64,000 nt of DNA from Deferribacterales bacterium (GCA_050253075.1 JBFWJS010000001.1:64001-128000), one strand, 5' to 3'; shown: positions 47,924 to 57,007, counted from the stretch's first letter. Notes: generated by a model not told the origin, from the sequence alone. A program made the numbers and translations.

Positions 47924-49651
47924 ATGAAAAACTTGAAACGACTCTGGAAATATTTCAGAGGGCAGAAATTTTATATAATAATGGCTATGGTGTGCAGCAG
48001 CATCGTCTCCGCAACAGACGGTGCCGCTGCCTATATAGTTAAAGATATACTCGACGGCATCTTTATAAACAAAGATGTCTCTATGCTGAAGCTCATTCCG
48101 CTCCTCATGATAGCTATATACCTTGTGCGCTTTGTAGGGCGCATATTCCAGTCATACTTTATACAATACGCAGGCTATCACGCTGTCCAGCAGGTGCGTG
48201 AGGCACTGTATGAAAAGCTGATCTACATGCCCATGCGATTCTATGACAACAACGACACGGGCGCACTCATGACCCGCATCATAAACGACGTGGCTATGCT
48301 GCATAACGCTATCCCCGCTGCGCTGAAAATATTCCGAAGCGGACTTTCAGTCTTTTTCCTCATCGGCGTGGTGATGTATCAGGACCCCGTGCTCGGCTCG
48401 AGCATATTCGTCGCCATACCTGTCATGGCGTACATCATCGACAAGACAGGGCGAAAGGTAAAGCAATACAGCAAAAAACGTCAGGAAAAGATAAGCGAAC
48501 TGGGCAAGGCTCTGCAGGAGACGCTGACAGGCATCTCAGTGGTAAAATCCTTTGCGAAGGAAGAGAAAGAGGAGAAGAAGTTCTTCAAGCTGAACGGAGT
48601 AGCACTCGTCTACAGACTGAAGCAGGTATTGGTGACATCCCTCAGCTCACCTTTCATGGAGTCTCTCGCAGGATTCGCCGCCGCACTCATACTCTTTTAC
48701 GGCGGTCTGAAAGTTATCAACGGAGAGACCACCCCGGGTACATTCTTCTCATTCCTCACGGCTTTCGGCCTTATGTTTGAACCATTTAAAAATATAAACA
48801 ACGACAATGTGACCGTACAGTCCGCCATAGCGGCATCCGAGCGCATCTTTGAGATAATAGACACCAACAACGACATACTCGAAAACGACGGCACGATTGA
48901 ATGCGACGCCAAAGGCAAGGACATCACATTTGAAAATGTCTCATTCGCCTATAACGCCGAAGACGGAGACGTGCTGAAAGGGATAAACCTGACGGTGAAA
49001 TCCGGCTCGACAGTGGCTCTGGTCGGGGCGAGCGGTGCGGGCAAAAGCACCATAGCGTCTATTATCCCCCGCTTTTACGACATCAGAGAGGGCTCTGTGA
49101 AGATAGGCGGCACAGACATCAGAGATTTTAAAGTGCACAGCCTCAGAAAAAACATCGGCATAGTGTCACAGGACACATTCCTCTTCAACACCAGCCTGAG
49201 GGAAAACATAGCCTACGGAACAGGCGAAGACGACATGGAAAAGATCAGAGCGGCGGCAGACTCTGCCTTTGCTCTGCAGTTTATAGAAGAGCTAGAAGAA
49301 GGCTTCGACACCCTCGCAGGACAGCGTGGAGACAGGCTCTCCGGCGGACAGAAGCAAAGGGTGACGATAGCCCGTGCGCTCCTTTCAAACCCGCCTCTGC
49401 TCATTCTCGACGAGGCGACCAGCGCATTGGATACTGAATCCGAGCGTATGGTTCAGCAGGCTCTGACGAACCTTATGAAGGGTCGTACAAGTATCGTGAT
49501 AGCACACAGGCTGTCGACAATACTTAATGCGGATATGATTGTTGTCCTTGAAAATGGCGAGATACAGGCGACGGGGACACACGATGAACTTCTGAAAAAG
49601 TCTGAGATATACGCAAGGCTCTGCGAGCTTCAGTTCACGACGACGGGCTGA
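47924..49651 (+). CDS. msbA: MsbA-like ABC exporter (permease + ATPase)
   Basis: Six-TM N-domain, GASGAGKST, SQDTFLFN, LSGGQKQR, LDEATSALD, IAHRLST. Confidence 0.82.
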   Translation: MKNLKRLWKYFRGQKFYIIMAMVCSSIVSATDGAAAYIVKDILDGIFINKDVSMLKLIPLLMIAIYLVRFVGRIFQSYFIQYAGYHAVQQVREALYEKLIYMPMRFYDNNDTGALMTRIINDVAMLHNAIPAALKIFRSGLSVFFLIGVVMYQDPVLGSSIFVAIPVMAYIIDKTGRKVKQYSKKRQEKISELGKALQETLTGISVVKSFAKEEKEEKKFFKLNGVALVYRLKQVLVTSLSSPFMESLAGFAAALILFYGGLKVINGETTPGTFFSFLTAFGLMFEPFKNINNDNVTVQSAIAASERIFEIIDTNNDILENDGTIECDAKGKDITFENVSFAYNAEDGDVLKGINLTVKSGSTVALVGASGAGKSTIASIIPRFYDIREGSVKIGGTDIRDFKVHSLRKNIGIVSQDTFLFNTSLRENIAYGTGEDDMEKIRAAADSAFALQFIEELEEGFDTLAGQRGDRLSGGQKQRVTIARALLSNPPLLILDEATSALDTESERMVQQALTNLMKGRTSIVIAHRLSTILNADMIVVLENGEIQATGTHDELLKKSEIYARLCELQFTTTG

Positions 49652-50140
49652 TCACTTATCAATAGCGACGTTCACCGGCTTCGGCTTTAATATTCTTATC
49701 AGGTCGGCTGTTTTCATGCTGACGAGGAACCCTCTCTTACCGCCGTTTATATATATATTCTCGATATCGGCGATCGTTGATTCCATATAGACGGGCATCT
49801 TCCTCTTCGTACCGAAGGGTGATGTCCCGCCCACGAGATAACCCGTATGTTTGTTCGCAATTTCAGGTAGACATGGCATCAGTGTTTTCACACCTATCTC
49901 GCGGGCGAGGTTTTTTGTGGATATATCTTTGTCCCCGTGCATCAGCACTACACAGGGTTCGGATTTTTCATTTTCTAATATTATGGTCTTTATAACAGTG
50001 CTGAGGTCTGCACCCAGAACCTCCGAAGAGTGCTTTGCTCCGCCCTTTTCCACATAGTCGTATACATGGGGGACGAAATCGGCTTTATTAGCCCTCAGCT
50101 CTCTCACGGCGGGAGTCACAGGATACTTTTCCTTAGCCAT
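49652..50140 (-). CDS. ybaK: Cys-tRNA(Pro) deacylase
   Basis: TPA, VIKT, TGYLVGGTSPFG, NGGKRG. Confidence 0.92.
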   Translation of the reverse strand: MAKEKYPVTPAVRELRANKADFVPHVYDYVEKGGAKHSSEVLGADLSTVIKTIILENEKSEPCVVLMHGDKDISTKNLAREIGVKTLMPCLPEIANKHTGYLVGGTSPFGTKRKMPVYMESTIADIENIYINGGKRGFLVSMKTADLIRILKPKPVNVAIDK

Positions 50141-50141
50141 T

Positions 50142-50678
50142 TTATGCTCCGAGCATGAGGTTCATCTTCCCCCATGCGAAATCTCTTAGCTCTCTGTCTT
50201 CGCTGCGTATGGCGTCTGTCAGTGCGAGCAGTTCGTAAAGCTGAAAGTCGTTCATGGCTGCCTTTGGTGCGGATGTGTACAGAGGCTTTATACTCGCCCC
50301 GACATATTCACCCACCTCCAGCTCCCACACGGGTATGAACCCGCCTGTGAACCTGTATCCCTCGAAGAGATGCTCCACCCCGTATGAGGTAGGCAGTCCC
50401 TTTGCGGGCTTGCCGTATACAGCGGGGAAGACATACATTATCCCGTGCTGCATAAACTCTTTCAGAGCTTCGATATCCGGCAGATGGAGTTTTTGTTCTG
50501 CTCCGCCCATATCCATCCTCAACTCCGACAGCAGATTACACCTTTTCAGCCTCTTAACGCCCGAATGCACCTCTGACGGGCTCATCCCGAGCTCGAGGGC
50601 AACTTCGCTGTATTTCCATTCTCTCTGATGCATGGTAACTATTTTAAGCATTATCATAACATCCTGAGGTTTCAGCAT
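50142..50678 (-). CDS. Conserved hypothetical protein with N-terminal winged HTH (possible AbiEi-like antitoxin/regulator)
   Basis: LKPQD..MLK, A.ELGMS.SEVH..VKRL HTH, EF..HG..YVFPA, G.PT, PLY, LYELLAL.DAIR; start at MLKPQD with RBS GGAG. Confidence 0.6.
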   Translation of the reverse strand: MLKPQDVMIMLKIVTMHQREWKYSEVALELGMSPSEVHSGVKRLKRCNLLSELRMDMGGAEQKLHLPDIEALKEFMQHGIMYVFPAVYGKPAKGLPTSYGVEHLFEGYRFTGGFIPVWELEVGEYVGASIKPLYTSAPKAAMNDFQLYELLALTDAIRSEDRELRDFAWGKMNLMLGA

Positions 50679-50704
50679 GACAGCTCCGTATTCAGCGTTC
50701 GAGT

Positions 50705-50772
50705 GCAAAGCGGGGCGAACCCCACTCCGCAGCAACTGATAAACTTATAACACACTTATTCGCGAATCGCAA
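50705..50772 (-). promoter_or_regulatory. Sigma70 promoter with palindromic operator and 5' UUCG hairpin
   Basis: Minus strand TTGCGA-17 nt-TATAAG with TG extension; ATTCGCGAAT palindrome 50758-50767; leader hairpin GCGGAGTGGGG-TTCG-CCCCGCTTTGC (50705-50730). Confidence 0.6.
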
Positions 50773-50872
50773 ATAGAAAATTACAAATCTGCATAAAAAA
50801 TATTGGGAGCCGCAGCGAGCCGTTTAAAAGATTTGCTGCTACGAAAAATATTTAAGATAAGAAAAGGTAACC

Positions 50873-51005
50873 GTCACTCTGAGGAGTGAAGCGACGTGAG
50901 AGTCTCATAGCCTCTGATGATCAAGGCTTTATAGTCACTGTGACTAAAAGAGCTTAATAAGCAGTAGTCTGAGATTCTTACGCCTGTAAACAGGCTCAGA
51001 ATGAC
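50873..51005 (+). repeat. 133-bp REP/MITE-like element, copy 1
   Basis: Terminal IR GTCACTCTGAG / CTCAGAATGAC and inner IR CGTGAGAGTCTCA / TGAGATTCTTACG; near-identical to 63684-63861. Confidence 0.9.
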
Positions 51006-51018
51006 AAGAAGATGTTTT

Positions 51019-51101
51019 CGTCATCCTTAGGCTTTAGTCGAAGGATCTGAACGCATGGACTCTCTGATGGTATCAGATTCTTCACTCAGCTCAGAATAAC
51101 G
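51019..51101 (+). repeat. Second REP-like palindrome of the same family
   Basis: CGTCATCCTTAG..GAAGGATCTGA / TCAGATTCTTC..CTCAGAATAACG. Confidence 0.75.
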
Positions 51102-51148
51102 TAGCCGGTTTAAAAAATCACATATTCAGCTTTAGGATTGTTTTCGGC

Positions 51149-51622
51149 TTAGTCCTTTTTCTGAGCGGGGGACTGTTTGCCTGTCATCTCTTCGATGTCG
51201 ATGCGGATGACAAGCGTCTTCTCCACTGCGGCATCAGGGAATGAATGGTCAGTGCTGCCGTACTGCTCCATGACAGCGCTGAGCCCGACGAGCTTTTCGC
51301 TGATGTCCTCGACCATGACAGCCTTACCCTTTCCGATGACGGAGCGGAACTGATATGTCCATCCGCACGCCTGCTCTTTCGTTACGAGCTTCGTGTCGAC
51401 GCTCACTTCAAAGCATACGTTCGGGTTCGCCTTCATAGCGGAGACCTTGCGCCCTTCGTGTGCACAGTGCAGATATATCATGCCGTCTTTGAATCCGTAG
51501 CTCATGGGCACGATGTAAGGCTCGCCGTTATCCACCATAGCGATGCGTATCACCTCGCCTTTGCCGAGGATGTCGTTTATCTGGCTTATCTCTTCGATCA
51601 GCTTTTCCTGTCTTCTCATCAT
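51149..51622 (-). CDS. Pyridoxamine-5'-phosphate-oxidase-like flavoprotein (NimA/NimC-like)
   Basis: MRR.EK, PYIVPMSY, YLHCA.EG.K, NPNVCF, RSVI..G, TGK; start corrected to 51622 (ATGA overlap). Confidence 0.88.
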   Translation of the reverse strand: MMRRQEKLIEEISQINDILGKGEVIRIAMVDNGEPYIVPMSYGFKDGMIYLHCAHEGRKVSAMKANPNVCFEVSVDTKLVTKEQACGWTYQFRSVIGKGKAVMVEDISEKLVGLSAVMEQYGSTDHSFPDAAVEKTLVIRIDIEEMTGKQSPAQKKD

Positions 51623-52083
51623 GCACCTGCCATCTTTACTATTGTGTCGAATTCGCTCTTTTCCACAGGCATGATAGACAGCCTGTTCCCCTTCTGAACC
51701 AGACGCATGTCCGAAAGCCCGCTGACGGTCTTTATCTCTCTGAGACTGACAGTTCTGGGGAATTTCTCGATGAATTTCACATCCACCATAACCCACCTCG
51801 GGCTGTCTTCCTTAGATTTCGGGTCATAATATTTACCGGCGGGGTCAAATGCAGTGTGGTCGGGATATGCCTCACTGGCTACCTCTGCGATGCCCACAAC
51901 ACCGGGCTCTTCGCAGTTTGAATGATAAAAGAGAACCTTGTCCCCGACTTTCATATCATCACGCATGAAGTTGCGTGCCTGATAGTTCCTTATGCCGTCC
52001 CAGTGCTCTGTGCTTTCGGGCTTGGCTTTCAGGTCGTCTATGGAGAATGCTTCGGGTTCTGATTTCATCAGCCAGTAGTTCAT
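51619..52083 (-). CDS. EVE-domain protein
   Basis: YWLMKSEP, WDGIRNYQARN, FYHS, YYDPKS, W..VDV, RLSI.PV. Confidence 0.95.
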   Translation of the reverse strand: MNYWLMKSEPEAFSIDDLKAKPESTEHWDGIRNYQARNFMRDDMKVGDKVLFYHSNCEEPGVVGIAEVASEAYPDHTAFDPAGKYYDPKSKEDSPRWVMVDVKFIEKFPRTVSLREIKTVSGLSDMRLVQKGNRLSIMPVEKSEFDTIVKMAGA

Positions 52084-52087
52084 GTCA

Positions 52088-53212
52088 TCACCTGTTTTTA
52101 AGATATTCTCTCAGCCTGCGCACGCCTTCTGCCATGTGTTCGATGTTTCTGGCGTAGGAGAATCTGATGTATCTGTTCGTACCGTTATATCCGAAGTCCA
52201 CTCCCGGAGTTACGGCAACGTGTGCGTTCTCCAGAAGCTCATGGGCAAATTTGAATCCGTCGTCGGAATAGTCTGATATATCCGCCCAGATGTAAAATGC
52301 GCCTTCGGGCATAACGTCTATTTTAAAGATGTCTTTCAGTTCATTATAAAGGAAGTTTCTGCGCTTTTCATACTCGGCTTTATAATCTGCGAGGAAGTCA
52401 TAGTCGAAAGCATTCACGCATCCGAGCTGGCTCATGGTAGGCGCAGAGATGAAAAGGTTCTGCATGACGACCTCAGCCGCATCGATAAGATGCTCCGGAA
52501 GTATCATCCAGCCGAGCCTTGCTCCCGGCATACAGAAATATTTTGAAAAGCCGTTGATGACTATGGCATTGTCTGAGAACTCCACAGCCGTGTGCTCTTT
52601 CTTATCACCATAGACCAGCCCGTGATAAAGCTCGTCGGATATGAACCCTATATTGTTTTCCTCGCAATAGGTTACAAGCTCTTCGAGGCTCTCTCTGCCA
52701 TAGAGATTACCTGTCGGATTGCATGGAGAGGATATCTGAACGGCCTTGATGTCCTTCTCTTTTTTCAGCATGTCTACCGTCATCTGATAGTTTGTATCAG
52801 CGCCCACAGGCATCATGACAGGCTCTATGCCGAGCACATATGAATAGTTTTTATAACAAGGATATCCGGGGTCGGTGAAGGCGAGCTTCTCGCCGAGATC
52901 CACCATGATGGAGTACGCTATGAGAAATGCGCCCGAAGTGCCCACTGTGAGCATTATCCTTTCGGGGGCCACATCTTTGCCGTAATAGTGTTTGTAATGT
53001 TTTGATATCTCCTCACGCAGGGGCATCACACCCTTTGCCGAGGTATAAGGGAACTGTCCCGCATCGAGGAATTCACGCATGCTGTTCAGCACACCCGCAG
53101 AAGGTGCTATGTCGGGCTGACCGACCTCGAAATGTATGCAGTCCTCTATCTCGTTTGCACGGGCAAGGATATCCATGACGATGAAGGATGTTAATTTTTC
53201 TGTTCTTTTCAT
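52088..53212 (-). CDS. Class I/II PLP-dependent aminotransferase
   Basis: EVGQPD, SPCNPTG, SDELYHGL, GFSKYFCMPG.RLGW, TPG.DFG. Confidence 0.93.
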   Translation of the reverse strand: MKRTEKLTSFIVMDILARANEIEDCIHFEVGQPDIAPSAGVLNSMREFLDAGQFPYTSAKGVMPLREEISKHYKHYYGKDVAPERIMLTVGTSGAFLIAYSIMVDLGEKLAFTDPGYPCYKNYSYVLGIEPVMMPVGADTNYQMTVDMLKKEKDIKAVQISSPCNPTGNLYGRESLEELVTYCEENNIGFISDELYHGLVYGDKKEHTAVEFSDNAIVINGFSKYFCMPGARLGWMILPEHLIDAAEVVMQNLFISAPTMSQLGCVNAFDYDFLADYKAEYEKRRNFLYNELKDIFKIDVMPEGAFYIWADISDYSDDGFKFAHELLENAHVAVTPGVDFGYNGTNRYIRFSYARNIEHMAEGVRRLREYLKNR

Positions 53213-53826
53213 TTATGACCTGTGGCTAGAATAATCGGAAACTCTATCTTCCTGCCGTCACGCTCTTTTTCAATGACTGCGGCAGTGTTTATCTGTACGT
53301 CTTTATACCCGCAGCTGCGGAGCATTTCCGCCAGTGCTTCGGGCTCGAATCCGCCGTGTTTCACCCCCTCATGGGGTACATCATGGAAAGGTTCTTCCGT
53401 CAGCTCAAGGTCTGCGACACATATCTGACCGCCTGTGCGTATTGCGTCGTATGCCTTTCTGAAAAATATCTCAGGCTCGTCCATGTGGTGTATCACCATG
53501 CTGGCGGTGAACATGTCGAATGATTCCTTCGGGAAGTCTTCCTTTTTCACATCCAGCAGGACGGTCTTAATATTCTTCAGTCCTGCATTTTCGACCTTTT
53601 CATTCAGCACGTCCAGCATCCCCTGCGAGGTGTCGAAACCTGTGAGAGACCTGCCGTACTCGGATAGACCGAGCATGATGAGCCCTGTCCCAGTGCCGAA
53701 GTCTGCTATATCTATATCTTTTTTCGGTTCTGCATATTTAATGATGGCAGAGACTACATCTTTCGCAAGCTGTACACGTCTCCCCTTCTTTTCCCATTCT
53801 GATGCTCTGGCATCAAATACTGACAT
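53209..53826 (-). CDS. Class I SAM-dependent methyltransferase
   Basis: FD.RA.EW, DFGTGTG, D.S.GML, MVIHH, ADL, H.GF. Confidence 0.9.
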   Translation of the reverse strand: MSVFDARASEWEKKGRRVQLAKDVVSAIIKYAEPKKDIDIADFGTGTGLIMLGLSEYGRSLTGFDTSQGMLDVLNEKVENAGLKNIKTVLLDVKKEDFPKESFDMFTASMVIHHMDEPEIFFRKAYDAIRTGGQICVADLELTEEPFHDVPHEGVKHGGFEPEALAEMLRSCGYKDVQINTAAVIEKERDGRKIEFPIILATGHK

Positions 53827-53850
53827 ATATCCACCTAATATTTAATCTAC

Positions 53851-53952
53851 TAAGGCGGTTATTTTCTTATTTTTCAAGGCGAAAAATGCGAAGTTTACAC
53901 CTTCGTAAATGAGCACTTTTGAACGAAGAAAAATATGAAAAGGGACGCCTTA
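53851..53952 (+). repeat. 102-bp element bounded by ~25-bp imperfect inverted repeats (MITE-like)
   Basis: TAAGGCGGTTATTTTCTTATTTTTC ... GAAAAATATGAAAAGGGACGCCTTA with internal TTTAC..GTAAA hairpin; terminal TTA is the stop codon of the ABC ATPase gene. Confidence 0.6.
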
Positions 53953-54747
53953 TTTACTTAATAGAAGTTTGTCGTCCGCTATCCCCACTCCCCTGACCTT
54001 TTCAAACATGCCGAGCAGATCGGGAATGGTGAGCCCTTCTTTATCTTTCCCTTTGATGTCGAGGACTATCTCGCCCTCGTGCATCATTATGATGCGGTTG
54101 CCGTAGTCTATTGCCTGCTTCATATTGTGGGTGACCATCATGGCTGTCAGCCCCATCTCACGGATTATCTTATCCGTCAGCTCCATGACAAGTGCTGCCG
54201 TGCGAGGGTCGAGCGCTGCGGTGTGTTCGTCCAGCAGGAGTATCTGCGGATTCGCCATTGCAGCCATCAGCAGTGTGAGCGACTGTCTCTGCCCCCCTGA
54301 GAGGAGCCCTGCGTTGGTCTTCAGCCTGTCTTCCAGACCGAGACCGAGCTGTTTCAGACGTTCTTTGAAATCTTCTCTCTTTTTGGCTGTGACACCCTTG
54401 CGAAACCAGCGCTTCACGCCTCTTTTGGAGGCTATCGCCATGTTTTCCTCTATGCTGAGGGATTTCGCCGTACCGCTAAGCGGGTCCTGAAAGACCACGC
54501 CGATATATTCAGCCCTTTTATATTCGGGCACTTTTGTTATGTCGTTTCCGTCGAAGAGTATCTTCCCTCCGTCGGGATTCTGGAAACCTGCGAGGATGCT
54601 GAGCATTGTCGATTTACCCGCACCGTTACTGCCGATGACGGTGACAAAGTCGCCCTTCTCTATCTTCAGGTTCAGGTCGTTTATGGCTATCTTTTCATTC
54701 ACAGTGCCTGCGTTGAATATCTTTTTGATACCTGAGAGTTCTATCAT
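53950..54747 (-). CDS. ABC transporter ATP-binding protein
   Basis: F..GTVNE, GSNGAGKST, VFQDP, LSGGQRQ, LDEHTAALDP. Confidence 0.95.
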   Translation of the reverse strand: MIELSGIKKIFNAGTVNEKIAINDLNLKIEKGDFVTVIGSNGAGKSTMLSILAGFQNPDGGKILFDGNDITKVPEYKRAEYIGVVFQDPLSGTAKSLSIEENMAIASKRGVKRWFRKGVTAKKREDFKERLKQLGLGLEDRLKTNAGLLSGGQRQSLTLLMAAMANPQILLLDEHTAALDPRTAALVMELTDKIIREMGLTAMMVTHNMKQAIDYGNRIIMMHEGEIVLDIKGKDKEGLTIPDLLGMFEKVRGVGIADDKLLLSK

Positions 54748-55637
54748 CCTCTTATCCCTCCCAGCTTCTTACGTATCCCCGGGAATGTGAGCGCAAGGAC
54801 GACTATGATAGCCGTTATGAGGTTTAAGTCCCCAGGTGAGAGCTTTATCGGCCCGAGCTCTACGGAGAGAGCATAAGCCACAGCCAGCCTGTATATCATA
54901 GAGCCGAGCACAACCCCGACCACAGCACGCAGAACCGTACTGCTGGAAAGGACAGCCTCGCCCACGATAACAGATGCAAGCCCCGCCACCACAGTACCTA
55001 TACCCATATTCACATCGGCAAAGCCGAGTGACTGGGCAACGAGCGCACCGCACATGGCGACAAAAGCATTACTCAGTGAAACGCCGAAGAATACCATCCT
55101 GTCCGTGTTCACCCCCTGCGCCTTTACCATCTTCATGTTGTCACCTGTGGCTCTGAGAGCGAGCCCGAGGTCTGTATGGAAAAACCATACGAGGAAGACA
55201 CACACGGCAACGGTAAATATAAGGAAGAGTGTAATAGCGGCAAACTGCGGAGATATACCCATAGACTCCATAGGAGTGAAGACGGTGTCATAGCCGAGCA
55301 GAGGTATATTCGGCATGCCCATCACACGCAGGTTTATGGAGTACAATGCGATCATTGTAAGGATACCTGCGAGGAGATTGAGTATTTTCAGCTTTGTATT
55401 CAGCAGTGCTGTGACAGCACCGGCACCGAAGCCTGCGATAAATGCGGCGGCAACCGACAGATACGGGTCGTAGCCCTTTGTTATCAAAAGGGCACTGACA
55501 GCCGCACCGAGAGGCAGCGAGCCATCCACAGAAAGATCGGGGAAATCCAACGCTCTAAACGTGAGGAAAACACCGAGAGCCATAAGAGAAAAGACAAGTC
55601 CGTGCTCTATGGCTCCCAGAAATGCAAAATATGTCAT
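54744..55637 (-). CDS. ABC transporter permease
   Basis: LDFPDLSVDGS, LYSINLRVMG, LRATGDN, GLASVIVGE. Confidence 0.93.
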   Translation of the reverse strand: MTYFAFLGAIEHGLVFSLMALGVFLTFRALDFPDLSVDGSLPLGAAVSALLITKGYDPYLSVAAAFIAGFGAGAVTALLNTKLKILNLLAGILTMIALYSINLRVMGMPNIPLLGYDTVFTPMESMGISPQFAAITLFLIFTVAVCVFLVWFFHTDLGLALRATGDNMKMVKAQGVNTDRMVFFGVSLSNAFVAMCGALVAQSLGFADVNMGIGTVVAGLASVIVGEAVLSSSTVLRAVVGVVLGSMIYRLAVAYALSVELGPIKLSPGDLNLITAIIVVLALTFPGIRKKLGGIRG

Positions 55638-56605
55638 TAGTTATTAAGTATCTCGTCTGCGTTTTTAACAAGCTCTGCAGGGATGCCGTGGTTCAGCACT
55701 CTTGCGGGCTTCATGTTGATTATAAGTTTGAGATCCTTCTGGAATTCCACAGGGATCTCGCCGGGTTTCTCGCCTTTGAGGATACGGCATACGATAAGAC
55801 CTGTCTGCTCGCCGTGTTTGTAATAGTCAAAGCCTTTTGCTGCGAGTGCGCCTCTTTTCACTGAGTCTGTATCAGACATGATGAGAGGGATCTTGTTCTC
55901 GTCGGCCACTTTCACGACGGATTCAAGGGCTGAAACGACAGTATTGTCTGTTGTCACGAAGAATGCCTGAACCTTTCCCACGAGGGACTGTGCAGCAGCA
56001 TAAACACCGGAAGAGTTAGCAACGGCACGCTCGATGAGCTTCACGCCTTTCTTCTCTGCGGCGGCTTTTGTCAGCTCGAGCTGTGAACGGCTGTTCTGCT
56101 CGCCTGAGTTATAGATGATGCCCACTGCCTCGGGTGTGAATCCGAGCTCGAAGATAAGGTTGAACTGCTGCTCGATAGGAGCAAGGTCGCTCACGCCTGT
56201 TACGCTTCCGCCCGGTCTCATGAGGTCTGTGACCATCTTAGCACCGACAGGGTCTGTCACTGCGGAAAAGACCACGGGTGTATCGGGGGAGAGCTTTTTA
56301 AATGTATTGATGAGTGCGAGGGCTGTCGGAGTAGCGATACCTATTACGACATCGTCCTTATCCCCTGCGAATTTATTTGCTATCTGATTAGCTGTCACCA
56401 TGTTTCCCTGAGCGGACTGGGTGTCGAATGTGATGTTCTGACCTTCGATATATCCGCAATCTCTCAGAGAACTGATGATACCGTCACGGGCGGCATCCAG
56501 TGCGGGGTGTTCAACTATCTGGGAGATGCCCACCTTTACCATTTCAGCGGCAAAGCCTGTGGCAGCGAATGCTACAACCATCATAGCTATAAGTAATTTC
56601 TTCAT
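55637..56605 (-). CDS. ABC transporter substrate-binding protein (putative aromatic amino acid, ABC_sub_bind family)
   Basis: Signal peptide, QIVEHPALD, AQG, IATP, AVTDP, TGVSD, E.NS, TDN. Confidence 0.9.
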   Translation of the reverse strand: MKKLLIAMMVVAFAATGFAAEMVKVGISQIVEHPALDAARDGIISSLRDCGYIEGQNITFDTQSAQGNMVTANQIANKFAGDKDDVVIGIATPTALALINTFKKLSPDTPVVFSAVTDPVGAKMVTDLMRPGGSVTGVSDLAPIEQQFNLIFELGFTPEAVGIIYNSGEQNSRSQLELTKAAAEKKGVKLIERAVANSSGVYAAAQSLVGKVQAFFVTTDNTVVSALESVVKVADENKIPLIMSDTDSVKRGALAAKGFDYYKHGEQTGLIVCRILKGEKPGEIPVEFQKDLKLIINMKPARVLNHGIPAELVKNADEILNN

Positions 56606-56686
56606 ATGCTTACCTCTTTTAAAAGCAAAATAGTATATGATTGTAAACTCTGGAATGAAAAATTCAAGAAATATCTATTAGAGTGG

Positions 56687-56713
56687 AAAGAAAGCGGTGC
56701 CCGAAGACACCGC
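56687..56713 (-). terminator. Intrinsic terminator after mop
   Basis: Minus strand GCGGTGTC-TTCG-GGCACCGC followed by TTTCTTT. Confidence 0.8.
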
Positions 56714-56720
56714 AAAAGGT

Positions 56721-56930
56721 TTAGTCCACAGCGACCATGATGGATGATGCCTTCATAACGGCATAGGCTGTTTTGCCTACCTCAAGGCCGAGGTTTTCAC
56801 AAGATTCCTTTGTGATGATGGAAGTGATAACGGCTCCGCCGGCTATCTCGATATCCACCTCAACATTCACCATACCCACTTTGAGAGCTACGATCTTACC
56901 TTTAAGGTTGTTTCTGGCGCTAAGTTTCAT
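56721..56930 (-). CDS. mop: Molybdate/tungstate-binding TOBE protein (molbindin)
   Basis: MKLSARN.LKG, ITSIIT.ES...LGL, A.MKAS; start corrected to 56930 with RBS AGGAGG. Confidence 0.95.
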   Translation of the reverse strand: MKLSARNNLKGKIVALKVGMVNVEVDIEIAGGAVITSIITKESCENLGLEVGKTAYAVMKASSIMVAVD

Positions 56931-56958
56931 TACAGGCCTCCTTATAAATTTAATCATT

Positions 56959-57007
56959 CGCTATTATTTCGATACATAACGATGCGTTATTATATTAGAA
57001 TATAACG
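56959..57007. promoter_or_regulatory. Two tandem ModE-like operator palindromes
   Basis: CGCTAT-N11-ATAACG (56959-56981) and CGTTAT-N11-ATAACG (56985-57007) directly upstream of mop. Confidence 0.7.

Noticed and set aside
49640..49665. Abutting or overlapping convergent stops (msbA/ybaK; also 24539/24541 and 60643-60653) as antisense regulation
   Set aside because: Common in compact genomes; no further evidence of function
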